From contig JAYWIR010000029.1 of assembly GCA_036172245.1 (NCBI GenBank), positions 806,001 through 870,000 on the forward strand: 64,000 nucleotides of DNA, written 5' to 3'. The notes under the pieces are model-generated. The model ran no database searches, was not told the DNA's origin, and saw nothing but the letters and a program-made list of their open reading frames with translations. Of this stretch, positions 36,960 to 49,500 are shown one piece after another. Position 1 is the first letter of the stretch; the number at the start of each line of letters is the position of its first letter. The position numbers and the translations under genes were made by a program. Origin of the DNA: Raillietiella orientalis. Its lineage: Eukaryota.

Positions 36960-37800
36960 AATCGTCGGATTATTGATGAGGTACTAAAGGAACTGAAAAT
37001 TGCCCAGAAACCGGGAGAGCATGCCGAAGAACGGATGGCGTGTCCAACCATACAGTGTTCCCCGGATACATATCGGAAGTATAGGTTCGTAGTGAAAGAA
37101 TCCCTAAAAATCAAAGGAAGCGAGAAGAGGACAAATAGGCCGAAAATATGTTGGGAGCTCCCTCTTGCCCTTGCCTGTAATATCCTAAACATATGTTGAC
37201 ATATACTGCATAGTTGTACGGTATAAGTTAGTATGGAAACAAATTCACGATGGTGTCTCTGCAACTTCCCGAGATCCCAGAGGACTGCGACCTACTCTTC
37301 AAAGGCATGCTAGCCGAAAAGTGGATTTCCTGCTTGAGGTGCCTGTCCTTCGGGTGAATTTGGAAGACCAGCTTTTGCCAAGATCACTTGCACAGTTTTC
37401 GTTCAACATCATCCAACAGTCTGCTCGGACCCCGCCGGACTCGCCCTTGCCAGCAGCCCAGGAATCAGCCGCTTCCCAGCGCTTCATGCACTCGAGAATG
37501 AGTGGTCCGCATTCCGCATTCGACGGCGCTCTGGGCAGCCCGAAGTGTGCTTTCGGTGCGGTCACCGGAAGTGCGTGGTGTCAGGTCTCGACGGAATCGG
37601 AGAATTGACTCCTGTTGCCAGTTACTTTCGCCGCCACAGATCCTCACAGAAGAACATGAAGATGAGATCGAAGAGGCCTTATCTGGGTTACGCCAGCTTT
37701 CCGGAGGCGCAAGTGACATTCTTCCTTCTGTTTTCTCAGGGAGTTCCGGACATCGCTGCAGTCTGATGGCCAGCAACAACGCGCTCCACTGACATAAATG
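36960..37800 (+). mobile_element. Decayed R2/NeSL-type reverse transcriptase relic
   Basis: DEVLKELK...CSPDTY, KGSEK...PKICWELPLALACNIL (resembles the NWRPIAL block), PRSLAQFSFNII (resembles PLS.LLFNI), LGSPKC and YLG occur in RT order. Confidence 0.4.
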
Positions 37801-40529
37801 CAATGGTGACGAATGCAAACGGTAGAAGAAGGAGTCTGGCCGACTCGAACTCGATGCTTGAGCCTGCAGGAAGGAGAAATGCGCAACAGGAATGTCTTCG
37901 TCCGACGCCAGCGTAGTGGGAGGATGCTGGAAACGATGGGTTTTTCGAGTAAAGCAACGAAGGGGCGCTGGAAGCCTAAAGTGCATTTCGATGCTTTCTC
38001 CAGATAACTACCAGCTCTGCATGCAGGAACGGTCACGACCGGGAATTACAAAGGATCCATAACTAGTGATTGCTGGTAATGACCTGGGCGGTCACCAGAG
38101 TAGAATGACATGCAAGCGCATGTTAGGTACTGGGATGCCAATGAGTCAGCTGAAGCGAATTTCCCATGACAGGAGAGTTTGAATGATTGGCTCGCATTTT
38201 ATGGATGGTACGCTTACAAGTGGACGCTTTTAGTTTTTTTCTTTTTTCTTTTTAAGAGGCCAAAGTCTCTGCCACAAGATGATTGCCGCCTTTTGTACTT
38301 GTATTTTTGGTTCCATTGGTCTCTAAGGTAGCTCGTCTCTCGGTGCTATGCATTTCCGTAACTCTTGATTCCATCCCAGCTTCCAGGAGCCTGACATTTT
38401 TGATTCTGATTTCCCAGACGTTCGGTTCCTGGCAGCAACACGTTCCCTAGAAGCTTCTCAGGCACGATGACTTTCGTCTCCCACATTCACTGACATTTTT
38501 GAGGCCACAAGGCAAACCTGCCACTGATGTATTTCGGATGATTTGAATATCTTGCTACTTTAATGCATAACTGAAAGCGATCGACTCTCTTCTGATACCG
38601 GTCTGCGAGCCTATGAGCAAACAGCGGGCGTGAGCGGATGGACCTTTCGCTTCCGATCCCATCAACGGCAATACGATTTACGATTCCAGCGTGAGCATCT
38701 GATGAGTTCAGGTGCCTAGCTCTAGATATTTCTTCAGTGCCATTTCAAAGCTATTCTTGGGTGCGATTATAACCACAGAGTCAAGGTCACGCTTTGGACG
38801 AGTGCCACGCCCCTTGCTTGGTGTTTTTTTTTCTTTCCTAATGGTTTCACCGGGAAACTCTGTTGTTTTCGGGGTTCGTCCTTTTTATCAAATGTTGTTT
38901 ATGTGGCTCTTCCCATGAGATGCATGAAAGGATGGAAAAACAGCAAGATGATCTTAAATTGGTGTCCCTGTTTCTCCTCCCGAAAGCACGTGTTATCGAC
39001 TTCGGTTTCGTTTCGGCTTTTCGATTTCACTGCCTTTGATGACTTGCAATGATTTTCAAGTAGATCCAAAGTTGCCTTGTTTAATCACAAGTGACGGAGA
39101 GGTAGTCAGTCTTTTCTCTGGAAGCGTTGTCGGAGTCAAAGTGTTCCAGGAAGTGCATTTTCCTTCACATGGGAAGCACGGAATGCATTTTACCGGAAAG
39201 GACTGAAAAGCACGTACTGAACGGAAAATTTTCTGAAAAAGAGTCCATGGAAACCGCACTTCGCTCGGAGAGCCGGACGGAAATCGCTGAAGAAAGCGAG
39301 TCCCATGGACAAGAAGGAAACGAGGCATCAGAACATCTTGATCTGTTTGCTTGGCAGCTCTGGACGTCATAACGCAACTGCCTAAGTCGCACTCGAACAT
39401 GCATCGAGAGTCCGAGATTTTCCCTCTTCGGAGCAAGAATGGTTTGCTACCAGAAGAAACCAGTTTTAACCAGGACCTTTTTCGGCTACCTCTTGAGATG
39501 CAAGACAGCAAGGCACCTTCTGGAAGACGAACATCGTAGATCACGCTGTTTCTTTGGAGCAGCCTTCCTTGCTTTTGAAGACGAACCAGGCCTTAAGACA
39601 AAGTGAAAACATTAGCTCTTCAGGGTGCAGGGCGAAATTCGATCGCGATTCGGGGATCCTCGACTGATCTCATTCTTCGTAGTGAGTATGGCAACCAACG
39701 CCTCGCGAAAGCTGAGAAGTTCGATGGAGGCCAATAGAAACCCTAGTCGAATACACGACGTTAAATGCCATCGTCCATGCACGGTGTTTTTGGAACCCTC
39801 TCTGAGAGGGAATCCAACCTTCCGGGACAGTTCGCCACGATCTCTGATGAAAATTAGGAGCGCGTGTTTCTTTTTGAGAGGCACCAATTGGATTTGGATT
39901 GGAATAAGTACCCAACTACTAAATCAAAGATTGATGCCTACGTAAATTAAAGCAGGCCTTATTTTTACAAGAAAAAAAAAATGCAGCGGAGAATCATCAA
40001 CTTTTCATGTTCTCAATTATGTTTGTGCACGTTGTCAGGGCAACTCTTTGAAATATTCAGTGAAATCTAGATCAATGAATGGTATTACCGCTGACTGCCA
40101 ACAAAAAGGGTATCCATAGTAACTGACGCTTCATGCATTCCCTTCCGCTGGATTCCAGCAACCTGGAAATTCTAATCGTATGTAAATGAGGTCATTAGAA
40201 TGACACAAATATTCAGTGTGTAGAAAATCGCGAGCGTCAATAACGAAAGCTCCCTCTTTGGTAAAACACTGCTGTCTGCATCTCCACGTGCGTCCAAGAA
40301 TCATGTTTTTCTTCTTCTCCTCCTTTTTAGATAAATTACGTAGATCTTCTAAACAAAGATTTTTGCGCGTTTGTCGTGGAGTAGGGCGTGAAGGGGAAAA
40401 GTTGGCATCCAACGCCCTATAATGCGTCTCCGTTGCGGTGACCTTTTTCTCAACACTGGAGAGAAAATTTACATATAAATAAGAAAAAAAAATAGAAAAA
40501 GACTATTTTTATCTTTCATTTTTTCATTG

Positions 40530-43500
40530 AATCATTGGTGTATCCACACTGCTGGTCTAAACCTACCCTTGCCCCCCCCCTCCCCGCGCACGCACAAGAA
40601 GGAAGCGAGGCATCCATACTTCGATCCTCTGCTTCTTCTGATAGGTCCGAATGCATCCGCATGGCAGTGAGAGTCGTCGCTCACTCCACGCCTGCCTCCT
40701 GCCGAGGACAACCTCCGCTGATGGGTCCTGGGAGCGTGCGTGGGTCCTACGAAGGACGGCTTCCTCCCCCTTGGCTCTAAGGCGGAGGAAGACCTGACGG
40801 GGGCTCTTTGCCTCCCGCGAGGAGCCTGGAGAGGGGTGGCGGCCTGCTGCTCTCCCCTCCCACCCCGAAGGCGCAGGGCGTGACGGAGCCGCAGCCCAAG
40901 GAGTTCCCCCCCCTTCCACGACAGGAGTCGGCCGCTGCCCACCTTCCGAGGGAGAGCGAGCGCATCGCTCCCGCACCGTCAAGACGAAACCCACGACTTG
41001 AGGTGCCGCCACTCCCTCTCCAGGGGCGAGTCCCGCCCGGGAGTTGGTCCCTGATCTTCCTTGAACAAGGAAAAAAAGAAAGGCCTGAGGTGGCACCGAG
41101 GAGTCTCCGTCAGCCTCCGCGCCAAAGAGGCCGCAGGCGACGCAGCGCTTCCAAGCAACCAGCTCGAAGGGAGAGAGCTTTTTTGCCTAAAGGCGATTTT
41201 CTCCTCGCTTCACCCGGGGATCGCCTCCAGCAGCGGGAAGGAGGGCCGTCGCTTGTTTTTCGACGTCTTCCGAGGTCTACCGGAAGAGAACGCCTGGAGG
41301 GAGAGGCCGGGAAAGCGGGAGGGCCGCTCTGCTTCCGGTCAGAGTCGCCCGCCCTTGGTGCGCACCGGCCGGAAGGTCTTCCCTCTCCTCCGCGCACGCT
41401 CGAGACACTCCCTTGCTCTTCCCTACAGCACCGAGGGGAGGCGTGCCTTCCTTGCCTCGCCCCTTCGTCCTTACCCTGAGGCGGCGGAAGCGAACTGACC
41501 AGCGGCCCTTCTCCCTTCCCTCCAGCTTGCATACCGCTCCTGCGCTGCTGCGAGTTCCTGGAGTCCTTCTACGAGGTCGGAGGGAGGCAGCCAAGGGAGC
41601 GGAGGGAGGATGCGCGAGGGGCCGGGAGGAAAACGACAGCCCTTGAACCCTCCGGGAACTCTCCTCCCCGGATTCTCCTGAAACTCGGAAGGTTAGGGTG
41701 CCGCCCACCGCTCCTCCCCGGAGGACCACGCCGCTCTTCGTTGCCTAGGAAACCTTGCCATCGGCGTGAAGGCTCGCGACATGGGGGTGAGCTGCTTCTC
41801 TCCCCCCCCCTCTTCCGCCTTGGGCGCCGCCGCCGCCATCCGGCAGCGTTTTCCTCAGTGCTCGCTCGGGTCGGAGACGCGCCAAGCAGCTTTCGCACAG
41901 CTACCTCCACGTGGACCTAAGGCGGCAGTCCCGAGGCTGCTCTCCCTCTCTTCCTTCTCTCCCATGCGGGTGCGGGAGCGTTCCTCTGGGCTGAAGAGAC
42001 CGCAGGACGACTTGCTGGGGCGAGCCCGAAGCTGTGCAAGCGCGTGGGCTCCCGAGGGGACGGTTGCTAGGCTACTCGGTGGCAAAGCAGACGCGCGATG
42101 CCGGCCCAAGGGGACATGGACATGGCGCCGCCAGAGCAAGGGAAGGGGGGGGGGGGGGAAGGAAGGCGAGTGGCTGCGGGGCGCCTCCCGGTGACGAATT
42201 CCCGAAGTTCGACGTTACCTCCTCCCAAGTAGAAGGCGTCTCTTTTCAGGTGGCTCCAAGGAGAGAAGGCTGGCTGCCTCCGGGGCTGCGGCGACCAGCG
42301 CTCAGTGGGGATCGGAGGGGAGCGCCAACCCCTGTTCCCTTCCTCGTCCGCTTGACGGGAAGTTCACGGCGCGTCAGGGAGGGGGTTGCTGTCGATCGAG
42401 GTTGCCCGTTCGTCTGCCCGCGAGCCGCCGTCACGTCCTTCGCTGGCGCGGTCAGTGCTGACGGCACAAAGCTCCAGGGTGCCAGCGGTCCTTGGCTTTC
42501 TCGAGCCCCGGGCGTTATCAAGAATCCCCAGCACGGAAGGAAGAGGGGGAATGGAGTAAGGTAGCGGAGCCTCTGCGGCAGTCGGGAGGGTGGGTGGGAA
42601 ACAGTTGCCTGGAGGCGTCCGGGCGGTTGGGAGAAAACCCTCGGGCCAGCCTTCTAGGGCGTAGATCACCGCGCGCCACCTCTTCGTCTCCTGCGGGAAC
42701 AAGGCCTGCTGAGGGGATCCCTTGGAGGCGCGGTTGCCGCGGAAACGAACCCGCACTTCCTCGGAGGAAGCCTCGTTCTCTCGGATGGACCGTTCCTTCC
42801 TTCCCCAGAGAGCGCCCCCTCCCTCCTGGGAGAGGGCGTTCGCTGGATCCTCGAGCGGGCACGCGTGCGGGAGCGAGAGGAGTCCCGCTCCTCAACCTTC
42901 CCTTTCGCCCCCTCGGGGAGAGTAGAAGGCGTCTCCTCCTCGTTCCCCCACATCCTGGAAACGTTCCGGGTGTTCTCCCGCGCCCGCCGCGTATTCCTTT
43001 CCCAGGGAGCGCGTGTAGCCCCTCCTCCTCCTCCTCCTCCTCATCCGCTACCTCTTCCTCTCCTCTCCTCCATTCCAGGAGATCGAGATCGAGAAAATTC
43101 GGCGGACGAAGAGGGACCGCGCGTCGCAGATCCTGCTGGAGAGCCTCAGGAGCGGGGAGTCTACCTCGGGATGCCAGGGCTCCCTAGCGCGCCCGGGCAC
43201 GATGGACCGGTCCACGCAGATGTGCCGCAGCGTAAGCTCAAGCGTCGCCCAGACGGAGCGCCCGCCATCCCGCGACGTCACGACCCAGACCGAGAACGCC
43301 CGAAAGAAATGCGGCTGCCCGCTGCCGGACGAAGGAGGAGACGAGGCCGAGGGGGAGAAGCGCAGCAGGCAGGAGAGGCCCCTTGCTGCCCTCCCGGTCA
43401 AGGTCAGGCAGCCTCGCTCCCTCGCCCTCTGGTCCGGACCCGAGGCCTCCCCCCCCTCTCCCTCCCCTTCCCACGACCTCTCCCGGGGCGCCGGCGGACG

Positions 43501-46500
43501 TCGACCCGCCCCCAGCGAAGGCGCGGCCCCTCAGTCCTTCCCACTGTGCAGATGGAGGGCGCGCGCGCGGGCCGCAGCCCCGGAGAAACGGAGCAGCCCC
43601 GACTGTGAGGGCTGAGGTGGCGCACCCCCTCTTATTCTCCGACGACAGCTCTAGGAGACTCCCCTATCCGCCCCCCAATGGCCCTCGTCCCGCATCCTGC
43701 TGTTCCTCCTTCCCTCTATAGGAAACCCCAGGAGGACAACGAATGTCCCACTGCTGGTGAGAGGAGGACCGACTCGTAGGGGGCATTCTCGGAGGGTGGG
43801 AGATTTCCGCACTCCTCCCCCTCGCCTGCCTCCCTCTCTCCTCCCATCTCTAGCCCCTCGAGGCCCCCTCCCTCCCACCCCTCAGAGGACTGCTGTAGCT
43901 CCCCAACCGCTACGCTTTCCTCCTCAGCTCTCCTTTTTTCGTTTCCTTTTGCGAGAGCCGGGATCAGGACGCCTCCCTTCCTGCCAGAAGATCCTCAAAA
44001 GGGTCGGAGGAGAGCAGAGGGGCCCAGAGGAATGGGAAGAGAGGGAGGACTGGCTCCCACCGGACCGCGTCTTTGCCTCGGGGCAGTCCGAAAAGGATCC
44101 CTGAGCGCCGGCCACTCCTCCGTAGGGGACGGAGACCCTGGAGGGCCGAAGGCCAATAAAAGGAAGCCCCAGGAGGGTCTGAGGATTCAGAAGTGAAGAC
44201 CCCGTGCTATTCACATGTACGATGAGGAAGGGGGTGGGGACAGGGTTTCCCGGGAAGCCTCCCGTGCGGGGTCTCCCGCTGGTTGTTCTCAGAGGAAGAG
44301 ACGCTCTGCTTGCTGCTGCTTCCTGGGAGAGTCCCCTCGGGAGGGACCCCCCGGAAGGATGGGAGAAGGCAATCCAGGAGCAGGGGAGGAGACGGACGAA
44401 TGCCTCCGGGAAGCCTCCGGGTTGACGGCCTGGTTGTCGGTTCGCCTGCAGGGAGATCCACATCCTTCCAGGAGTCCAGAAACGGAGGAGAAGGAAGGAA
44501 GGAAGGGGAAGGGAGCAGGACGATCGCGAGGCTCCTGGGAGCTCCCAGGAAGCCTTGACCACCACCTTGGGACTGATGGGATGGAGGGGGATGAATCCAA
44601 GGAAATCTCTTGGGACCACCTGCTCTGGGAAGAGGCAGAAGGGGTGACCGAGAAGGAACGAAAGATCCTGTGGATCCCTCCATCTCCGGTCCTTCACCCC
44701 AGAGAGTGCCTTCCAGGCCCATGTCGACCCCGCCCAGGCTGTCTCTGAGCCTTCGAAGCGCAGCGCCCTCCGGGAAGAAACCGTTGCCATGCAGCAGGCG
44801 CGGCAGAATCCAAGGACGGTCAGTGTCGTGGCGGAGGAGTCTCCTCGTAACCAATGAGCCAAAAAAAGGGGGGGGGGGAGGAAGAAGAAGAAAGGAGGAG
44901 AAGGAGAAGCGTGGGAGGAGGGATGGGCTAAGACCCTTTTCTGAGGAACGGTCATCATTACCTGCTCATCTATCTCCGGTTTTTTTTTCCCTAGGCGACG
45001 GGGACAGAGAGAGGAGAGCGAGGGGGAAACGCGCGAGTGACTTGACCATCTGAACCAGGAATGGCATCCCCTCGAAGAGGCAGGGGGAAGCTTCGGGTCC
45101 TCCGCCGCCCGTTCCAGGGACAGCAACGGGAGGGAGACTGCGATTTTTCCTCCCTCAGGGGTACCCTTGACCTGGGGCCGCCGCCGCTTCCTTCCAGGAG
45201 GCGTGCTCATCTCACTGCTGAAGCGGAAGTGAGTCGTCCCGTGTTCTGCTCCTGAGGAAGAGCGCTGACTGGCCTCAGCGGCTCTGCATTCCTCCTTCAC
45301 TCCACTCCCCCAACCCTGCACCTTACCTTCTGAAATCCAGCCGGCGCCGCCAGGAGGCCGAGGAGCCGCGCGGGAAAAGGAAGACCCATTGTCCGTCTTT
45401 TGACCCCTCCCTTCCACGATCCGGATTCTCCCTCTCCCGACCGGAGGGCTGCGATATCCTGGAGGGTCCCGGGGGACCCAGTCAGTCAGCTCCGCACGCT
45501 GCACCCGAGGGTCGAGTTTGCTCTTCCCATCCACCTAGTCGTTCCTGCTCCTCTCTCCCGCTACTCCAGAGGTCGCTGCAGACTGCGGGATCCCGTGATT
45601 CAGGCAGCGGTTGCCGGCCAGCTCCTCAGCTTCACGGAACTCCCAAGGGGGAAAAAGAGGAAGGAGGGAAAACCTTCAGAGGCGGCTCCGTCCCCGGACA
45701 GGGAGCCTGGAACTTGTGGGAAAGACTCTCTGCTCCTCAGTGACCAATAGTCAAAGGATGAACTGGTGTCCATTTTCTCCTGTTCTCCCAGTTTCCGAGC
45801 TGCATCCAGAGGGAAGGCGCTCAGGTGATGAGGCGTCTACGAAGACTTTCCGGGGGACCCGGGAACGCCTACAGCCGGTGTACTCCCGGATCGTTTCGAA
45901 CTGTTATCTTCCACCTCCCGCCTCCCTCCCTTCTCCCTCCGGGCGACATCGAATCCTCTACAAAAGAACGGGGGGAAGGGTCAGTCGAGAGCCCCGTTCC
46001 GGGGGCTCGTCTCAACCCGCAGGCGGCTTCCTTTGGCTGTCTCCACGACCGCAGTCTGATAGTGGAGATCGCGACCGCCTCGGGACGTAAGGGTTTTCAT
46101 TTTTTTTTTTGAGGAGAGGGGGAAAGAAGTTCGCGAAGGGGTGGGGGAAAATAGTGGGGTGGGACGCACGAGGTGCGCGGAAGCGCCTTCGATGGCATCC
46201 GCCGCGTTACGGGCGAGGCGCGTCCTCCCTTCCCGGTGAACCGAGGAGAGACGCGGCGGTCCCCGGTGGCCTGTGAAACTTTGACCCCGTTAGCCGCGGA
46301 GGAATTCAGGTCACCACCATCCTTTCCTGGCAAGCGGAGTGGCGGAGACGGCGGCGACAGTGGCAGTGGAGGCAGCGGGAAGGCGAGTCGTTCGTTCCTG
46401 GGCCGGAGCGGAAGAAGCGGCGCTCCCTTCCCGTCCAGACCGCCGTGGCCTCGCCTCCAGAACAGCTCAGCGCCCGTTCTTCTTCTTCTTCCCTCTCCCT

Positions 46501-49500
46501 TCCGCGCACCCTCAGATCTACGGGGATGGAAGGCCTTCTGAGAGATCCACCGCCTCTGCGCCATTTGGGGAGGGAAGGAGAAGTAGAAGGCTCTGACGTC
46601 CGGCCCTCCAGGGATCCTCGAACCGACTCAACACGAGCACGACACAGCGCCCTCCACCTACCCCTCGGGCCAGGAGGGTGGGTCCAGAGGGAGCTCCGGG
46701 CAACGCCGGCTCTGAGAAAACAAGGGCGCTCCGAGGACTCTCTAGGGAGAAGACGGTGGCGGCGGAGGCTCTCGTCGGCCGCGGCCGCGCTGCACCCCTC
46801 GTGCCCTCGGGCGTCGCTGCTCAGTCCAGGCTGCATCCCGCTAGCTCCTGCTCCGCTTTCTCCCATCTCTCCTCCTCCATCCTCCTCCATATTGTCTGGA
46901 CCTTCCGCTGAACGTGAGCGCACGTGTCCGACGACCTCCGGAGTGGCTGGGGACTGGCCACCTCGGTAACGCCCGTTCGAGGACAGGAGGTATGGTCCTG
47001 AGGTTGCTCCATGGGGGAGGACGGGTCAATTCCCTGGACACTGCCATTCTCTCTTGCCATCCGTCCTCGAGGATTCTGGAAACTCCCCCTGATCGTTGCC
47101 TTGGGAACATGAACATCAGGAGCAAGGAGGACTCTCTGGGCGCCGAAAAACCGGGGAAGGCAACCCCGTGAGCGGACGGGAGGATCCCTCTCTTTCTCTG
47201 CGGCTCTTCACCTTCCCACAGAGTCCCTCCTTCCTCGCCGTCCCCTCCTCAGGGTCTCCCACTCCCGCACCCTTGCACGCACGCCTAGGGAGGAATTCCA
47301 GGCGTTCCCTTTCTGCGGAGCGGGAGTTCCAGGACACAGCAATTTGCTTTCTTTCCCGGAACTTCCCACGGGGCGGACGTTCCCTCTTCCGGGAGCGGGG
47401 AAGGGAAATCCGTTGCGCTTCGCCCTTGCTCTCCTTTTCCCTCCTCTCTCGCGCCCTTCTGCCGTGGGGTCTTCTGCAGGTGCTCTACTTCTTTCTCCTT
47501 CCGGAGGAGCGAGCAAGCGCCCTCGGGAGGAGGTCCCCTGCATCCGGCTCCCGAGTCCCTCCCAAGAGGGAACGGAAGAGGAATGCTCCCGGGCTTCCCG
47601 GCTACCTCTGGAACTCTCCGGCGCTTCCCCCGCAGTACGCGCCGCCTCTGTCCGTAGAGATGGGAAGGAGCGTCAGTCCCGAGAGACCTGAGACGATGCT
47701 CCTCGCAGCCTCCACCTTCCCTTCCCCCGGCCCATGGGAGAAAAAGGGGCACGCCTGCATTATTCGGTGTTTTTCTCCCCTCCCTCTTCCTCCTCCAGAG
47801 CCGGGTGTCAACCGCTCCCTGCTGGCGTAAGTTCTCGAGGGGGAAGAGCGCGCGCTGCCGGAGAGTGTGGATCGAGCCGGTAGCCCTGGCGACGTCGCCG
47901 GTGCCCCTGCTGCCGGCCGTATGGAGGGCGATCGAGACCGTTTCGAGAGGACGGACGCTCTCAGAGATGTCCTCTCTCCTCCTCCTCCCCCCATCCTGTT
48001 GCGAAGAAACGCTTCCTTTTCCCGGGCACCCGAAACGCGCTTCAAGGTCAGCCTGGGTTCTGACGGCGGCCTTATGGGGGGAGCGATCCTATTGTTAGGC
48101 TGTTCGTGACTTCCTGGGAGGTGCCCGACAAGAGTCGCCGAGAGACCTTCTACACGAGGATGAGTCCGTTCCGGTCCTAGAAGCGGAGGCAGGTACATTT
48201 CGCTCCGGGCCCAGCAGTGTACCGTTGCCTGGTGATGTGCAATGTGTGAGCTAATCGAATTGTTACAGGGGTCATTGACATCCCCTCCGTGCTTTATGAA
48301 ACTCTCGAAAGTGGACGACGCGCGCGTCAGGAATCCATGGGAAAGGTAACTCTTGGGGGAGGCGGGGAACAGCCTGACTGTCGGCAGGGGATGCCCGACG
48401 TGGGTCGCGATCAATTCCGCCCCCCTTCTTCCTCCTCTCCCTCTCTCTCTCTCTCTGCCTGGGCGTTCGACGGAACGGTCAACGCTTTTGCCGCTCTCGA
48501 AGAAGCGGAAAAACCTCGGCGCTGGTAGCCGAGCTAACGGTGAACTCCGCCCCTCCCCCGAGCGAGCGCGTGCTTCGACTCGGAGGCGAAGTCGCACCCA
48601 TTAATTCCTGTCCACCTGCGGCTTGTTTTACTTCTTTTTTTTTTTTTTTCCGGCGCGGCGGGATGCTGGGAGGCACCGACCGAAACGAGGACTTCCCGAG
48701 AACACCGGGCGCCCGGTGGTCAACCAGGGGGCAGCAGCGGCAGCCATCCCCCAGCACTGAAGCCTGGAACGAAACTGGGTCGGAAAGTTCTCTTCCACCC
48801 ACCTTGACATTTGCCGGGCGGCAATGACGACATCATCCCTCCGGATCTTCCGCGTCAATCGATCGATAGTGACATCGGAATCCTGCTGCCTCGTCACATC
48901 ACTGAGATCCGCTGCTGTGCCGGGTTGACCCCGTAACAGCAACCGTCCATTTGCACTCTCTTTCGTGTTTCCTCGCGCTGCATGTGGTCAGTGAAGGTTG
49001 TTCAACTTCGTGCACGGATAGGCGACTTCTCCTGTGCAACCCTTGCGAAAGACGCGAGACGCAGTCCTGTGCTCCCGCCAGAATGAAGAGCCTGCGAGAT
49101 CCCTGAGACATCTTACAGGTACGGGAAGAAAAGATTGCTTTTCGTTGACGGGGATTTCGCGGAAAAAAAGAAAAGAAAAAAAGCAAAGATTATTCCCTTT
49201 GGCAGTGCTCGCTCACGGGCGTGGGAGGAACGGTCGAACATCGGGAAAATGCGCCAAGGATCCTTTCCTCTGGCTGTCTGGCTTCGTTTCCTGGCATGAT
49301 GATGGTCGCGGAGGGTCGGTCGACCCCGGCTGAAAGCAATGGGAAAGACATGCGTGTGTGTGCACGCGCACGGGTTTCCTGCACGTCCAGCATGACCTCC
49401 CGGAAGAGCATGTCCTGCCGCTCGTTTTGTTTGGAAGGGTCGGTTGCTGGGCACAACCGCCTCCCAATCGCTGCCTGGCCCTCGTGGGCAGGATGCCTTT

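Noticed and set aside
43924..45534. Longest ORF in the track (536 aa, minus) and other 200-330 aa ORFs at 40-57 kb
   Set aside because: They have P/R/S/G-rich translations, cross homopolymer tracts, are open in several frames at once and show no domain motifs. This is expected from stop-codon scarcity at high GC.
46138..46163. G-quadruplex-like motif GGGG-T-GGGGG-N8-GGGG-T-GGG
   Set aside because: The motif is real but is expected many times in this G-run-rich domain, and nothing supports a function.
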